A DNA stretch of 64,000 bases from Macrostomum hystrix (lineage: Eukaryota > Animalia > Platyhelminthes): positions 1,054,001 through 1,118,000 of the forward strand of contig CATNEN010000034.1 of NCBI GenBank assembly GCA_950097015.1. The letters are read 5' to 3'. Shown here in pieces: positions 37,701 to 48,700 of the stretch (within the stretch, counting starts at the first letter, position 1; every line of letters begins with the position of its first letter). The position numbers were made by a program, and so were the translations under genes. A model generated the notes under the pieces. That model was not told where the DNA came from, made no database searches, and saw only the letters and a list, made by a program, of their open reading frames with translations.

Positions 37701-40345
37701 TTGCTCACAAACCGCGGCAACAACCTGCTAATCACTCTGCTAAACTTCCGCTACCCCAACCTGTTCTGCCCGGCTAGTCAGGCCGCTTTAAACCAATTCC
37801 TTGCCAAACGCAAATCTGTAGAGGTTCGTCAATATCTGGCCTCGATGGATGTTGTCGAGGACGAATGCGTCGGTTATCTTCGGCGACACCTGGCTAGTAG
37901 TGGCAGATCGGCGGAGCGGAATCTTTATCCGTGCCTTGTTGGCGACGGGCTGAGCGAGGTCGAGAAGCGGAATCTGCTGCTGTTTCTGGTGGGTTGATGT
38001 GTGAAGCGACACAGTAGATATAAGCTGATAAGTTGATATTGAGTAAGTGGGGAAGTAGATATGGGGTAAGGGGGGAAAGTAGATATGGGGTAAGGGTAGG
38101 AAAATAGATATGGGCTAAGGGAGAGAAAGTAGATATGGAGTAAGGGAGAGAAAGTAGATATGGAGTAAGGGAGGGAAAGTAGATATGGGGTAAGGGAGAG
38201 AAAGTAGATATGGGGTAAAGGAGGAAAAGTAGATATGGGGTAAGGGAGAAAAAGTAGATATGGAGTAAGGGAGAGAAAGTAGATATAGGGTAAGGGTAGG
38301 AAAATAGATACGGGGTAAGGGAGAGAAAGTAGATATGGGGTAAGGGAGGGAAAGTAGATATGGGGTAAAGGAGGGAAAGTAGATATGGGGTAAGGGAGAA
38401 AAAGTAGATATGGAGTAAGGGAGAGAAAGTAGATATAGGGTAAGGGTAGGAAAATAGATACGGGGTAAGGGAGAGAAAGTAGATATGGGGTAAGGGAGGG
38501 AAAGTAGATATGGGGTAAGGGAGAGAAAGTAGATATGGGGTAAGGGAGGGAAAGTAGATATGGGGTAAGGGAGAGAAAGTAGATATGGGGTAAAGGAGGA
38601 AAAGTAGATATGGGGTAAGGGAGAAAAAGTAGATATGGAGTAAGGGAGAGAAAGTAGATATAGGGTAAGGGTAGGAAAATAGATACGGGGTAAGGGAGAG
38701 AAAGTAGATATGGGGTAAGGGAGGGAAAGTAGATATGGGGTAAAGGAGGGAAAGTAGATATGGGGTAAGGGAGAAAAAGTAGATATGGAGTAAGGGAGAG
38801 AAAGTAGATATAGGGTAAGGGTAGGAAAATAGATACGGGGTAAGGGAGAGAAAGTAGATATGGGGTAAGGGAGGGAAAGTAGATATGGGGTAAGGGAGAG
38901 AAAGTAGATATGGGGTAAGGGAGGGAAAGTAGATATGGGGTAAGGGAGAGAAAGTAGATATGGGGTAAGGGGGGGAAGTAGATATGGGGTAAAGGAGGGA
39001 AAGTAGATATGGGGTAAGGGAGAAAAAGTAGATATGGAGTAAGGGAGAGAAAGTAGATATAGGGTAAGGGTAGGAAAATAGATACGGGGTAAGGGAGAGA
39101 AAGTAGATATGGGGTAAGGGAGGGAAAGTAGATATGGGGTAAGGGAGAGAAAGTAGATATGGAGTAAGGGAGAGAAAGTAGATATGGGGTAAGGGATGGA
39201 AAGTAGATATGGGGTAAGGGAGAGAAAGTAGATATGGGGTAAAGGAGGAAAAGTAGATACGGGGTAAGGGAGAAAAAGTAGATATGGAGTAAGGGAGAGA
39301 AAGTAGATATAGGGTAAGGGAGAGAAAGTAGATATGGGGTAAAGGAGGGAAAGTAGATATGGGGTAAAGGAGGGAAAGTAGATATGGGGTAAAGGAGGGA
39401 AAGTAGATATGGGGTAAGGGAGAGAAAGTAGATATAGGGTAAGGGTAGGAAAATAGATACGGGGTAAGGGAGAGAAAGTAGATATGGGGTAAGGGATGGA
39501 AAGTAGATATGGGGTAAGGGAGAGAAAGTAGATATGGGGTAAAGGAGGAAAAGTAGATACGGGGTAAGGGAGAAAAAGTAGATATGGAGTAAGGGAGAGA
39601 AAGTAGATATGGGGTAAGGGAGAGAAAGTAGATATGGAGTAAGGGAGAGAAAGTAGATATAGGGTAAGGGTAGGAAAATAGATACGGGGTAAGGGAGAGA
39701 AAGTAGATATGGGGTAAGGGATGGAAAGTAGATATGGGGTAAGGGAGAGAAAGTAGATATGGGGTAAAGGAGGAAAAGTAGATACGGGGTAACGGAGAAA
39801 AAGTAGATATGGAGTAAGGGAGAGAAAGTAGATATAGGGTAAGGGAGAGAAAGTAGATATGGGGTAAAGGAGGGAAAGTAGATATGGGGTAAAGGAGGGA
39901 AAGTAGATATGGGGTAAGGGAGAGAAAGTATATATGGGGTAAGGGAGAGAAAGTAGATATAGGGTAAGGGTAGGAAAATAGATACGGGGTAAGGGAGAGA
40001 AAGTAGATATTTGGTATGGGAGAGAAAGTAGATATGGGGTAAGGGGGGAAGTAGATATGGGGTAAGGGGGGAAGTAGATATTAGGTGGGAAGGCAAGGGT
40101 ATTGAGATTGATAGGTAAGAGAGGGACTAGCCAACTTGTTGACTGAGTTGAGGCCAAACTGCCCACTGTAGGCCAGCAAGACCATGGTGAATCAAGAGGC
40201 TACGCATTGCGCGCCGCTAAAACCGGAGCTGTTCACCCCGCCCTGGTCGGACGCGAGCCTCCTGGCTTCCGGCGGCAGAGGCGGCCCCGGTGGCGGCAGC
40301 AGCAGCAACGGCAGCGACAGTGACGCATCCTGGGAGCGCACGTGA
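25739..40345 (+). CDS. ABHD16A: ABHD16A/BAT5-like phosphatidylserine lipase, 8 exons: 25739-25804, 26422-26478, 26621-26702, 26817-27241, 27769-28008, 28466-28758, 37631-37988, 40172-40345 (564 aa)
   Basis: All junctions are GT-AG with consistent phases. Family motifs: GPQLYR, LRGIGR.LNP.Y, FDFEFWAWPVEF, VCCEGNAAYPEIG, GWHHPGFGGSTG, nucleophile elbow AWSIGG, LDATFD, LIRRSQDEMIT and catalytic-His region EATHCAPL. Confidence 0.93.
25900..26305. repeat. 27-bp array in ABHD16A intron 1
   Basis: Unit CCCTCTTTTATTGGCCACTGCTCCTGA, degenerating toward the 5' side. Confidence 0.95.
27375..27665. repeat. Degenerate 32-bp array in ABHD16A intron 4
   Basis: Unit approximately GCTGCGGCGGCTCAATTACAGATCAAAGGGAA. 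Confidence 0.88.
28040..28392 (-). mobile_element. tRNA-derived SINE, near full length (copy 4), in ABHD16A intron 5
   Basis: High similarity to copy 5 over ~300 bp, including the (AAT)n tail and B-box GAGCTCGATTCC. Confidence 0.85.
28823..29187 (-). mobile_element. tRNA-derived SINE, full length (copy 5), in ABHD16A intron 6
   Basis: Minus strand starts GGGGTCGGTGGCAGAGCGGTT (A-box-like), then AAGTTTGATTCC (B-box-like), a central hairpin and an (ATT)n tail. Confidence 0.85.
29190..30041. repeat. 45-bp tandem array (~19 copies)
   Basis: Unit CCCTTAGGAAACTCTTATCCAAGAGAGTCCTGCAGTTCTCGGATG; open in three frames, which produces the spurious long ORFs. Confidence 0.98.
30129..30196 (-). promoter_or_regulatory. 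CCAAT/CCAAT/ATTGG plus TATAAATA cluster (Pol II promoter-like, possibly LTR-derived)
   Basis: Minus strand reads CAGCCAATGAG...CAGCCAATAGC...AGATTGGCTATAAATACGAG. Confidence 0.4.
31439..36202 (-). CDS. Divergent biogenic-amine-type (5-HT2-like) class A GPCR nested in ABHD16A intron 6; exons 36202-35998, 33269-33032, 32916-32080, 31868-31439 (569 aa)
   Basis: Four GT-AG-joined exons in consistent phase (1710 nt). TM1 LVLNSLLL; TM3 CIVWLYMDTFLCN with the amine-binding Asp; TM4 LKIGAPW; TM5 FVILRACMSYGLP; long Gln/Ala-rich ICL3; TM6 EERSACT...VVFWSPY; TM7 WIAYAACLAYPLFF. Confidence 0.82.
34155..34330. repeat. Short degenerate ~26-bp array
   Basis: AGTGGGAAGAGGTCAGTGAGAAGCAG variants, about 6-7 copies. 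Confidence 0.85.
38050..40090. repeat. 25-bp purine-rich array (~80 copies) filling ABHD16A intron 7
   Basis: Unit AAAGTAGATATGGGGTAAGGGAGAG with recurring variant blocks. Confidence 0.97.
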
Positions 40346-40939
40346 CCAATTCTGAACTGCTCATCTGACCAGTGATCATCGATTAGGCCGAGCTGACTGG
40401 ACTTTAGGATCTTCTTTACTGTTTTTTGAAGGAAATCTAACAAAAAACTATGCCTGTACTAAAAGGCTTGTTCTTAAGTGCTTAATTATTTTGTTTGGTT
40501 TAGCAAGTGCCTACTACGATTCTGCCTTAACAATCGTGTTTTGTACTTACTACTACTTAGTAAAATAAGTAAGCACTAGTTACTTTAAGCAGAAATATAT
40601 TCATGGTTATTGTTATCTTCAAATATTTAAAATCACTCAAATAACTAATTGTTTACGGTAACCATTGAGCCCATAAGTAACAAAAATATGAGATACTCGG
40701 ATACCCTATTTATTGTAGCATTCGCCTTACGGGTTTTAATTATTTTTTCATTCCATTATTGTTTTGGCCTTTTCATAGGTAATAGCTAATTAGATTGATA
40801 AAATAAAGTTTTAGATGTCAGGTGATTAGATTGGTCCTACACTGGCTGTAATCTCGGATAGTTCTGTCAGACCGTGGGTTAAGTTGTAGAACATAATAAT
40901 CACGCCAGGTGCACGCGCACCAACAAGCCAGACTACAGT

Positions 40940-41322
40940 TCATAGACAGGCACTGTCGTATTGGATTGGTCATTGACAGGCACTGTAATATTGGATTGGT
41001 CATTGACAGGCACTGTAGTATTGCATTGGTCATAGACAGACACAGTAATATTGGATTGGTCATAGACAGGCACTGTAATATTGGATTGGTCATTGACAGG
41101 CACTGTAGTATTGCATTGGTCATAGACAGACACGGTAATATTGGATTGGTCACAGACAGGCACTGTAGTATTGGATTGGTCATTGACAGGGACTGTTGCT
41201 TTGGATAGGTCATTGACAGACACTAATATTTCATTGGTCATAGACAGGCACTATTGTATTGGATAGGTCATTGACAGGCACTGTAATATTGGATAGGTCA
41301 TTGACAGGCACTGTAATATTGC
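40940..41322. repeat. 30-bp array directly upstream of Rab21
   Basis: Unit GACAGGCACTGTAATATTGGATTGGTCATT, about 12 copies. Confidence 0.95.
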
Positions 41323-41368
41323 AATGACCGCCAATCAATCCGCAGAGATCGACTGCAGGCCAGCAGGA

Positions 41369-42102
41369 ATGTCAGTTGGCGATGCAGCCAGCTTCAAATT
41401 GGTTCTGCTAGGCGAGGGCTGCGTTGGCAAGACTTCGCTAGTGCTGCGCTACGCCGAGGGCAAGTTCAGCGACAAGCACGTGACCACCTTGCAGGCATCA
41501 TTTCTAACCAAGCGAATAAACCTGTCCGGCACCCGGGTTACCTTGAATATCTGGGACACGGCCGGCCAAGAAAGATTTCACGCTCTCGGTCCGATCTATT
41601 ACAGAGATAGTCACGGCGCCTTACTAGTTTACGACGTCACCGATGAGTCGTCGTTTCAGAAGGTTCTTTTCAAGTGGTTATTTTATCTAGTATTTCTACT
41701 CACAGTAGAATAGTTTGCTTCTCTCCGTTATTTATGCTTTGTTTTCTCCTATCCGCAATTGCGCAGGTGTGCAGCTGGGTGAAAGAGCTGCGCAAAATCT
41801 GCGGCGATCAAGTCTGCCTGTGCATCGTCGGCAACAAGATCGACTTGGAGCGCGACAGGCGCGTCAACGCCGACGAAGTCGCCGCATTCGCCGAGACTGT
41901 CGGCGCCGCCCATTGTCTGACCTCGGCGAAGCTCAACCGCGGCGTTGAGGAGGCTTTCCTGGGCCTGGCGCGGCGCATGTTGCAGCGATCGATGGCAGCG
42001 GGACCTGCGGCCGTCGATAGCGCCAGGTCGTCCGGCATCGTTGTGGCCGACGAGGGCGACCATGACAGCGCCAGCGGTGGACACTCTAAGGCCTGCTGCT
42101 AG
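41369..42102 (+). CDS. RAB21: Rab21 small GTPase, 2 exons (41369-41662, 41767-42102), ~209 aa; alternative in-frame ATG at 41324
   Basis: FKLVLLGEGCVGKTSLVLRY, Rab21-diagnostic TTLQASF, WDTAGQERFHALGPIYYRDS, GNKIDL, TSAK and a C-terminal CC prenylation motif; 104-bp GT-AG intron. Confidence 0.95.
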
Positions 42103-42139
42103 TAAGGAAGCCTGTGCTAGTTCTGTTCATGACAGCCCT

Positions 42140-42140
42140 T

Positions 42141-42219
<79 letters not shown>

Positions 42220-42220
42220 G
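42140..42220. repeat. (TCTG)~20 microsatellite in the Rab21 3' region
   Basis: Direct reading of the sequence. Confidence 0.98.
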
Positions 42221-42884
42221 CCTGAGTCTCAACCGACAATACACCCTTAAGTTGCACAATTTCAGAGCTGTTGGGTCCGCAAGAGAATATGCCGCTGCCA
42301 GTGTCTCGCAGGTTTGGTCTGTTCAAGTCGGATTCAATTGTTCGGAGCAACAAACGCAGTGATCACCGTTACTATTATAAACAGATTATTTAGCATCAGT
42401 TTCTCTAGCAAGCAGTCACTTAAATTTAATCTTGTCTGCCTGTTTCGTCAAGCACAGCTGCGCCTCCTCGTAATAATAAAACTAAACCAGATTTTATTGC
42501 AAGCTATACTTTTCTATCTTTTCCCTTTTGTTTTTTTTTGTTTATTAGTCGCGTATTGTGTTTATCTCCCTTCATTTTGCAGATAAAGATATTTTTTGCT
42601 CTGAATCGATTCATAAAATCGAGTAAATCCGTTTTTCTGTGTACAGTTTTGTTTTCATGTTTTTATTTGTTGTGTGATAATTTACTTAAAAGATTTTATC
42701 CTGACTGTTGTGTGCCTCCGAACATCACTTGTCACTTATTTTCTCTGTGTTTGTATAATATCTGCTTTTTGTCCTCTGTACACGTCCACGTTCGCCTTTT
42801 GCTTTCCTAATTCTGATTTTATTTAAACTCATCTCTTTATCCCCCAATTCTTCCTTCCACGCTTTGTCTGTCTCTTTTCATCTC

Positions 42885-43070
42885 CCCCCTCGTCCGCCCC
42901 AGCCTCCCTTCATCTCTTTCTTTGTCCGCCCCAGCCTCCCTTCATCTCTTTCTTTGTCCGCCCCAGACTCCCTTCATCTCTCCCTTCGTCCGGTTCAGTC
43001 TCCCTTTATTTTTACTTTTCCGCCCAAGCCTCCCTTCATCTCTCCCTTCGTCCGCCCCAGCCTCCCTTAA
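42885..43070. repeat. Degenerate ~32-bp pyrimidine-rich array
   Basis: TCCGCCCCAGCCTCCCTTCATCTCT... recurs about 5 times. Confidence 0.8.
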
Positions 43071-43269
43071 CCGCACCCGGCTTGTATGTCGGTGACCAAA
43101 CTGTCTAGTTGCTGTTTAATCTCACCAGTCGTGTTACATTCGCACTCTAAAGCAGATGAGAAACAATAATTATTTACGGTTGTAGGAACGCGTGCACCTG
43201 GACCGTACTGCCAGCTGTGCGCTATACTCTTACCCGTATTTTGTAGTGTTTTTACATTTTCCTAGTCAG

Positions 43270-43861
43270 TGATCCTCTGCTGCGATTCTAGCTGAATGAT
43301 CCTCTGCTGCGATTCTAGCTGTATGATCCTCTGCTGCGATTCTAGCTGTATGATCCTCTGCTGCGATTCTAGCTGAATGATCCTCTGCTGCGATTCTAGC
43401 TGAATGATCCTCTGCTGCGATTCTAGCTGAATGATCCTCTGCTGCGATTCTAGCTGTATGATCCTCTGCTGCGATTCTAGCTGAATGATCCTCTGCTGCG
43501 ATTCTAGCTGAATGATCCTCTGCTGCGATTCTAGCTGAATGATCCTCTGCTGCGATTCTAGCTGTATGATCCTCTGCTGCGATTCTAGCTGAATGATCCT
43601 CTGCTGCGATTCTAGCTGAATGATCCTCTGCTGCGATTCTAGCTGAATGATCCTCTGCTGCGATTCTAGCTGAATGATCCTCTGCTGCGATTCTAGCTGA
43701 ATGATCCTCTGCTGCGATTCTAGCTGAATGATCCTCTGCTGCGATTCTAGCTGTATGATCCTCTGCTGCGATTCTAGCTGTATGATCCTGTATGATCATA
43801 CAGCTAGAATCGCAGCAGGATTATACAGCTAGAATCGTAGTAGAGGATTATACTGCTAGAA
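43270..43861. repeat. 27-bp array (~19 copies) ending in ~2.5 inverted copies
   Basis: Unit GATCCTCTGCTGCGATTCTAGCTGAAT; from ~43796 the sequence reads ATCATACAGCTAGAATCGCAGCAGG, the reverse complement of the unit. Confidence 0.95.
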
Positions 43862-45026
43862 TGAAATATGAAATACGTGGTTAGTCGCGGAGGCTATTGA
43901 AGTCTCATTAGTTTTTTGCGTTTCATCAGTTTTCATATAAAATTCAAATGCAGTCCCTTTTCTGCTACTTAATAAGTAGAGTGGGCAGAAAATACTAGAA
44001 AAGCCATTTGTTGCAAAGTTATTTTCGGTATTTCCAAAAGCTCGCTAAGCTTGAAGACTTCAAACCGTCTTCTGGTATAGTTTTGCCCCCTCCTTGTAGT
44101 GTGGTACGAGTATGTGGTAATCCTCGCCTTTAAGCAACAGCGACAGCAACAGAAATATGGATTGAAAAGAAACGATTATGATTATGAGAATCTGTAATTT
44201 TAATGCTTTTACAACAGCTGTTATCGCCTGTTTCTGTGTTCATCGTCTACACGAGTTCACAATATTAAAAGAACTTTAAAAGGTCCTCAGTAGTTAACAA
44301 AGTAAACACTTACATGAACTCATAGGCGGGGACAAGTTAAATCTGCTAAATGCTGGCCGTTTAAATGAACAGACCAATGAGGCCCCAGTCATGTCTTAAC
44401 ATTTCTCAGTCTCTCAGCATTACATTGAAGTACAGTGTATTTGTAAAGTGCCTTGAATTGACAACAAGCCTATGCTGCAGTTGCTATGGCCTTACAGACT
44501 GAGTCGTCTAGCAATTATACTCGTTGCATTGCCACACAACACTTCAATTGTCGAGTTAAATTTAGACACCGCGGTGAAATGTAGGCGGTGAATTGATGGA
44601 ACTCGACTGCCTGGACTCGATTGCAAACGAAAATGGGGCAGTAAATTCATTGGCCTAACTAACTGAATCTTGGCCAGCCAACATTTGCTCTTATTATTTT
44701 CAATCCTCTCTTTGAGTCTATCTCTCTCTGTCTCATCTAGCAGCACTATTCGGTGCCAAGCCTGACCTGTCAACCGCAGCTCGTATTACGCATGGTTCGC
44801 CGCCTTTTTTTCATACTTTACAAACTTATAAATAGAGGGTAAGAGATATTTATATATAGGGCTGCTTCATCATCAACTTGCAAAGCTGCTCCAATTAAAC
44901 AGACTTCTACCTTGAGGTCGGCGGCCAATTTAGTTTAAATCAATTATATTGTGTTAAGGATTTAATTTGCAGGTGAGTGACTTATTCTATTGCAAACTGT
45001 TTTCATCCGATTAATTCGATACCTTC

Positions 45027-45352
45027 AGTCAGATCCCACACATCCCAGATCCCACACATCCCAGATCCCACACATCCCAGATCCCACACAGCCCAGATCC
45101 CACACATCCCAGATCCCACACATCCCAGATCCCGCACATCCCAGATCCCACACATCCCAAATCCCACACATCCCAGATCCCACACATCCCAGATACTACA
45201 CATCCCAGATCCCACACATCCCAGATCCCACACATCCCAGATCCCACACATCCCAAATCCCACACAGCCCAAATCCCACACAGCCCAGATCCCACACAGC
45301 CCAAATCCCACACATCCCAGATCCCACACATCCCAGATTCTACAAATCCCAG
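45027..45352. repeat. 16-bp array
   Basis: Unit CCCAGATCCCACACAT. Confidence 0.96.
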
Positions 45353-45784
45353 ATCGGATTTGACCTTTGCACTGAACCCATAAAGTAAATTTCAATTTGG
45401 AGGAGCTATGCAAACCCAGGGTGACAGCGCATTAGTGACAGATAAAAACTGACTGACAAAGGAAGGGAGGAGGCGGGGGAAGGGCAAAATTAGGGCGAAC
45501 TGGAGTTGGGACGGGCCGAGACAAAGCCAAGGTACGTCCCCTGCTGGCAACCAATCAGAACTGACCTGCCAGACTCAAAGACTCTGGCACAGCTAATAAA
45601 CTTCTGTGCTTAAGATTTAGACAGGCAGAATTTTAACTTACTTTTCATGACCTTCTTTGAGTCGTTCTTTTCATCCCATCTGCCGCCTCTTTCGAAGAAA
45701 GTTGTTCCTCGGGACTCCGCGACCTCTCGGTGACTTTTTCAGCGCCTGGGTCCGGAAGGCTTCGCCAGTTTTCGCTATTGTACG

Positions 45785-48700
45785 ATGGCGAGACTCTTTC
45801 GTGCTGCAGCTCGCAAGGGCCAGTGGAATCGAGCCCTGGACTACCACAGGAGCGTGCCAAGACCAGGGCCTCTGGTGTGCTGCCTAATTAGCCTCTGCCT
45901 GCTCACCTGCCTCTGGCTGGCCATCCGCTATTGTAAGGACATCTGGGATCTGAGGTGTGGGATCTGAGATGTGGGATCTGAGATGTGGGATCTGAGATGT
46001 GGGATCTGAGATTTGGGATCTGAGATGTGGGATCTGAGATGTGGGATCTGAGATGTGGGATCTGAGATGTGGGATCTGAGATGTGGGATCTGAGATGTGG
46101 GATCTGAGATCTGGGATCTGAGATGTGGGATCTGAGTATAATTGAAGGAATAAGGAAATCAACAGCAATTTTGCTATTGTTTCTATCCTCCTGTTTCTCT
46201 TTGTAAGCTAGTCATGCAATTAAGGTGTTTTCTACAGACGCACTAATCTCTGCACCATAATTATCAGCTAGTCATGCAGTCAAGGTGTTTTTTTACAGAC
46301 GCACTAATCTCTGCACCATAATTATCAGCTAGTCATGCAATTAAGGTGTTTTTTACAGACGCACTAATCTCTGCACCATAATTATCAGCTAGTCATGCAG
46401 TCAAGGTGTTTTTTACAGACGCACTAATCTCTGCACCATAATTATCAGCTAGTCATGCAGTCAAGGTGTTTTTTTACAGACGCACTAATCTCTGCACCAT
46501 AATTATCAGCTAGTCATGCAGTCAAGGTGTTTTTTACAGACGCACTAATCTCTGCACCATAATTATCAGCTAGTCATGCAGTCAAGGTGTTTTTTACAGA
46601 CGCACTAATCTCTGCACCATAATTATCAGCTAGTCATGCAGTCAAGGTGTTTTTTACAGACGCACTAATCTCTGCACCATAATTATCAGCTAGTCATGCA
46701 GTCAAGGTGTTTTTTACAGACGCACTAATCTCTGCACCATAATTATCAGCTAGTCATGCAGTCAAGGTGTTTTTTTTACAGACGCACTAATCTCTGCACC
46801 ATAATTATCAGCTAGTCATGCAGTCAAGGTGTTTTTTACAGACGCACTAATCTCTGCACCATAATTATCAGCTAGTCATGCAGTCAAGGTGTTTTTTTAC
46901 AGACGCACTAATCTCTGCACCATAATTATCAGCTAGTCATGCAGTCAAGGTGTTTTTTTACAGACGCACTAATCTCTGCACCATAATTATCAGCTAGTCA
47001 TGCAGTCAAGGTGTTTTTTACAGACGCACTAATCTCTGCACCATAATTATCAGCTAGTCATGCAGTCAAGGTGTTTTTTACAGACGCACTAATCTCTGCA
47101 CCATAATTATCAGCTAGTCATGCAATTAAGGTGTTTTTTTACAGACGCACTAATCTCTGCACCATAATTATCAGCTAGTCATGCAGTCAAGGTGTTTTTT
47201 TACAGACGCACTAATCTCTGCACCATAATTATCAGCTAGTCATGCAGTCAAGGTGTTTTTTTACAGACGCACTAATCTCTGCACCATAATTATCAGCTAG
47301 TCATGCAGTCAAGGTGTTTTTTTACAGACGCACTAATCTCTGCACCATAATTATCAGCTAGTCATGCAGTCAAGGTGTTTTTTTACAGACGCACTAATCT
47401 CTGCACCATAATTATCAGCTAGTCATGCAGTCAAGGTGTTTTTTTACAGACGCACTAATCTCTGCACCATAATTATAAGCTAGTCATGCAGTCAAGGTGT
47501 TTTTTTACAGACGCACTAATCTCTGCACCATAATTATCAGCTAGTCATGCAGTCAAGGTGTTTTTTACAGACGCACTAATCTCTGCACCATAATTATCAG
47601 CTAGTCATGCAGTCAAGGTGTTTTTTTACAGACGCACTAATCTCTGCACCATAATTATCAGCTAGTCATGCAGTCAAGGTGTTTTTTTACAGACGCACTA
47701 ATCTCTGCACCATAATTATCAGCTAGTCATGCAGTCAAGGTGTTTTTTTACAGACGCACTAATCTCTGCACCATAATTATCAGCTAGTCATGCAGTCAAG
47801 GTGTTTTTTACAGACGCACTAATCTCTGCACCATAATTATCAGCTAGTCATGCAGTCAAGGTGTTTTTACAGACGCACTAATCTCTGCACCATAATTATC
47901 AGCTAGTCAAGCGAGAAGTCAGAAAAGCTACTCGTAAAGGAAATTTGAGATGATTTTCTGCTTAATATTTGGCAACTGCCCCTTCAGATTTTTACTGAAC
48001 TGGACTCACTTCATTTTCACTGAACCTGCTCAAAGCCTACTCAGGTTCGGATGGCCGGAGCCAAGAAGTGCTAATTATGGCAGCTTAAAGGGGCTAATTA
48101 TCCTCACTGGCCCGTTGCTCCCTCGAGTCACTGACTTATTGGGATCTTGGGATCTCGCAATTCTAGGTACGGCTGACCTCCCCTTAGGATTTGTTTAGAT
48201 CCCATGTTCTTGCTGGAAGGGGACAGCTAAACTCCAAGAATTTCTCTGATTCCCCAGTCATTGAATGAAGGGACAGGTCATCCCCTGAGATAAGAGGCCT
48301 ACCCATTTTACAAATTTAAATTTCTAAAATACCTCAGAAGGTAATGAAATTTGAATCATTCTCGTAACTTTTCGTCCGTTTCTCTTCCTCGCCGATTTCC
48401 TTCTCAACCGCCTATCCCTTTCAGCACAATGTGATTCCAAAGATGGAATCCAATTGGTGCTCAGCAATGGCTCGCTAAACGAGAGAAAGACTTTCCCGAG
48501 ACTGTTTTTAGGAATATTGTCTATAGTTGCCATGGTTACTAAAATTTAAACCACTTCTCGTGATTCTTTCTGTCAATAAAAACTGTCGAAGTTGAAAGTA
48601 CTAAATTTTTCATTGTCTAATTCAATTTAAAAGCGAAGGCTTTTACCCTGTGAAAAGGACTTTATGATATAAAACTTCTCGTGTTATCCCAGGTTAGTAT

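Noticed and set aside
37925-40166. 683-723 aa Pro/Tyr/Leu-rich minus-strand ORFs
   Set aside because: They come from the 25-bp array lying inside ABHD16A intron 7.
47950-48533. Possible very decayed LINE reverse-transcriptase fragment
   Set aside because: Only a faint GP-like motif amid many stops; not supportable.
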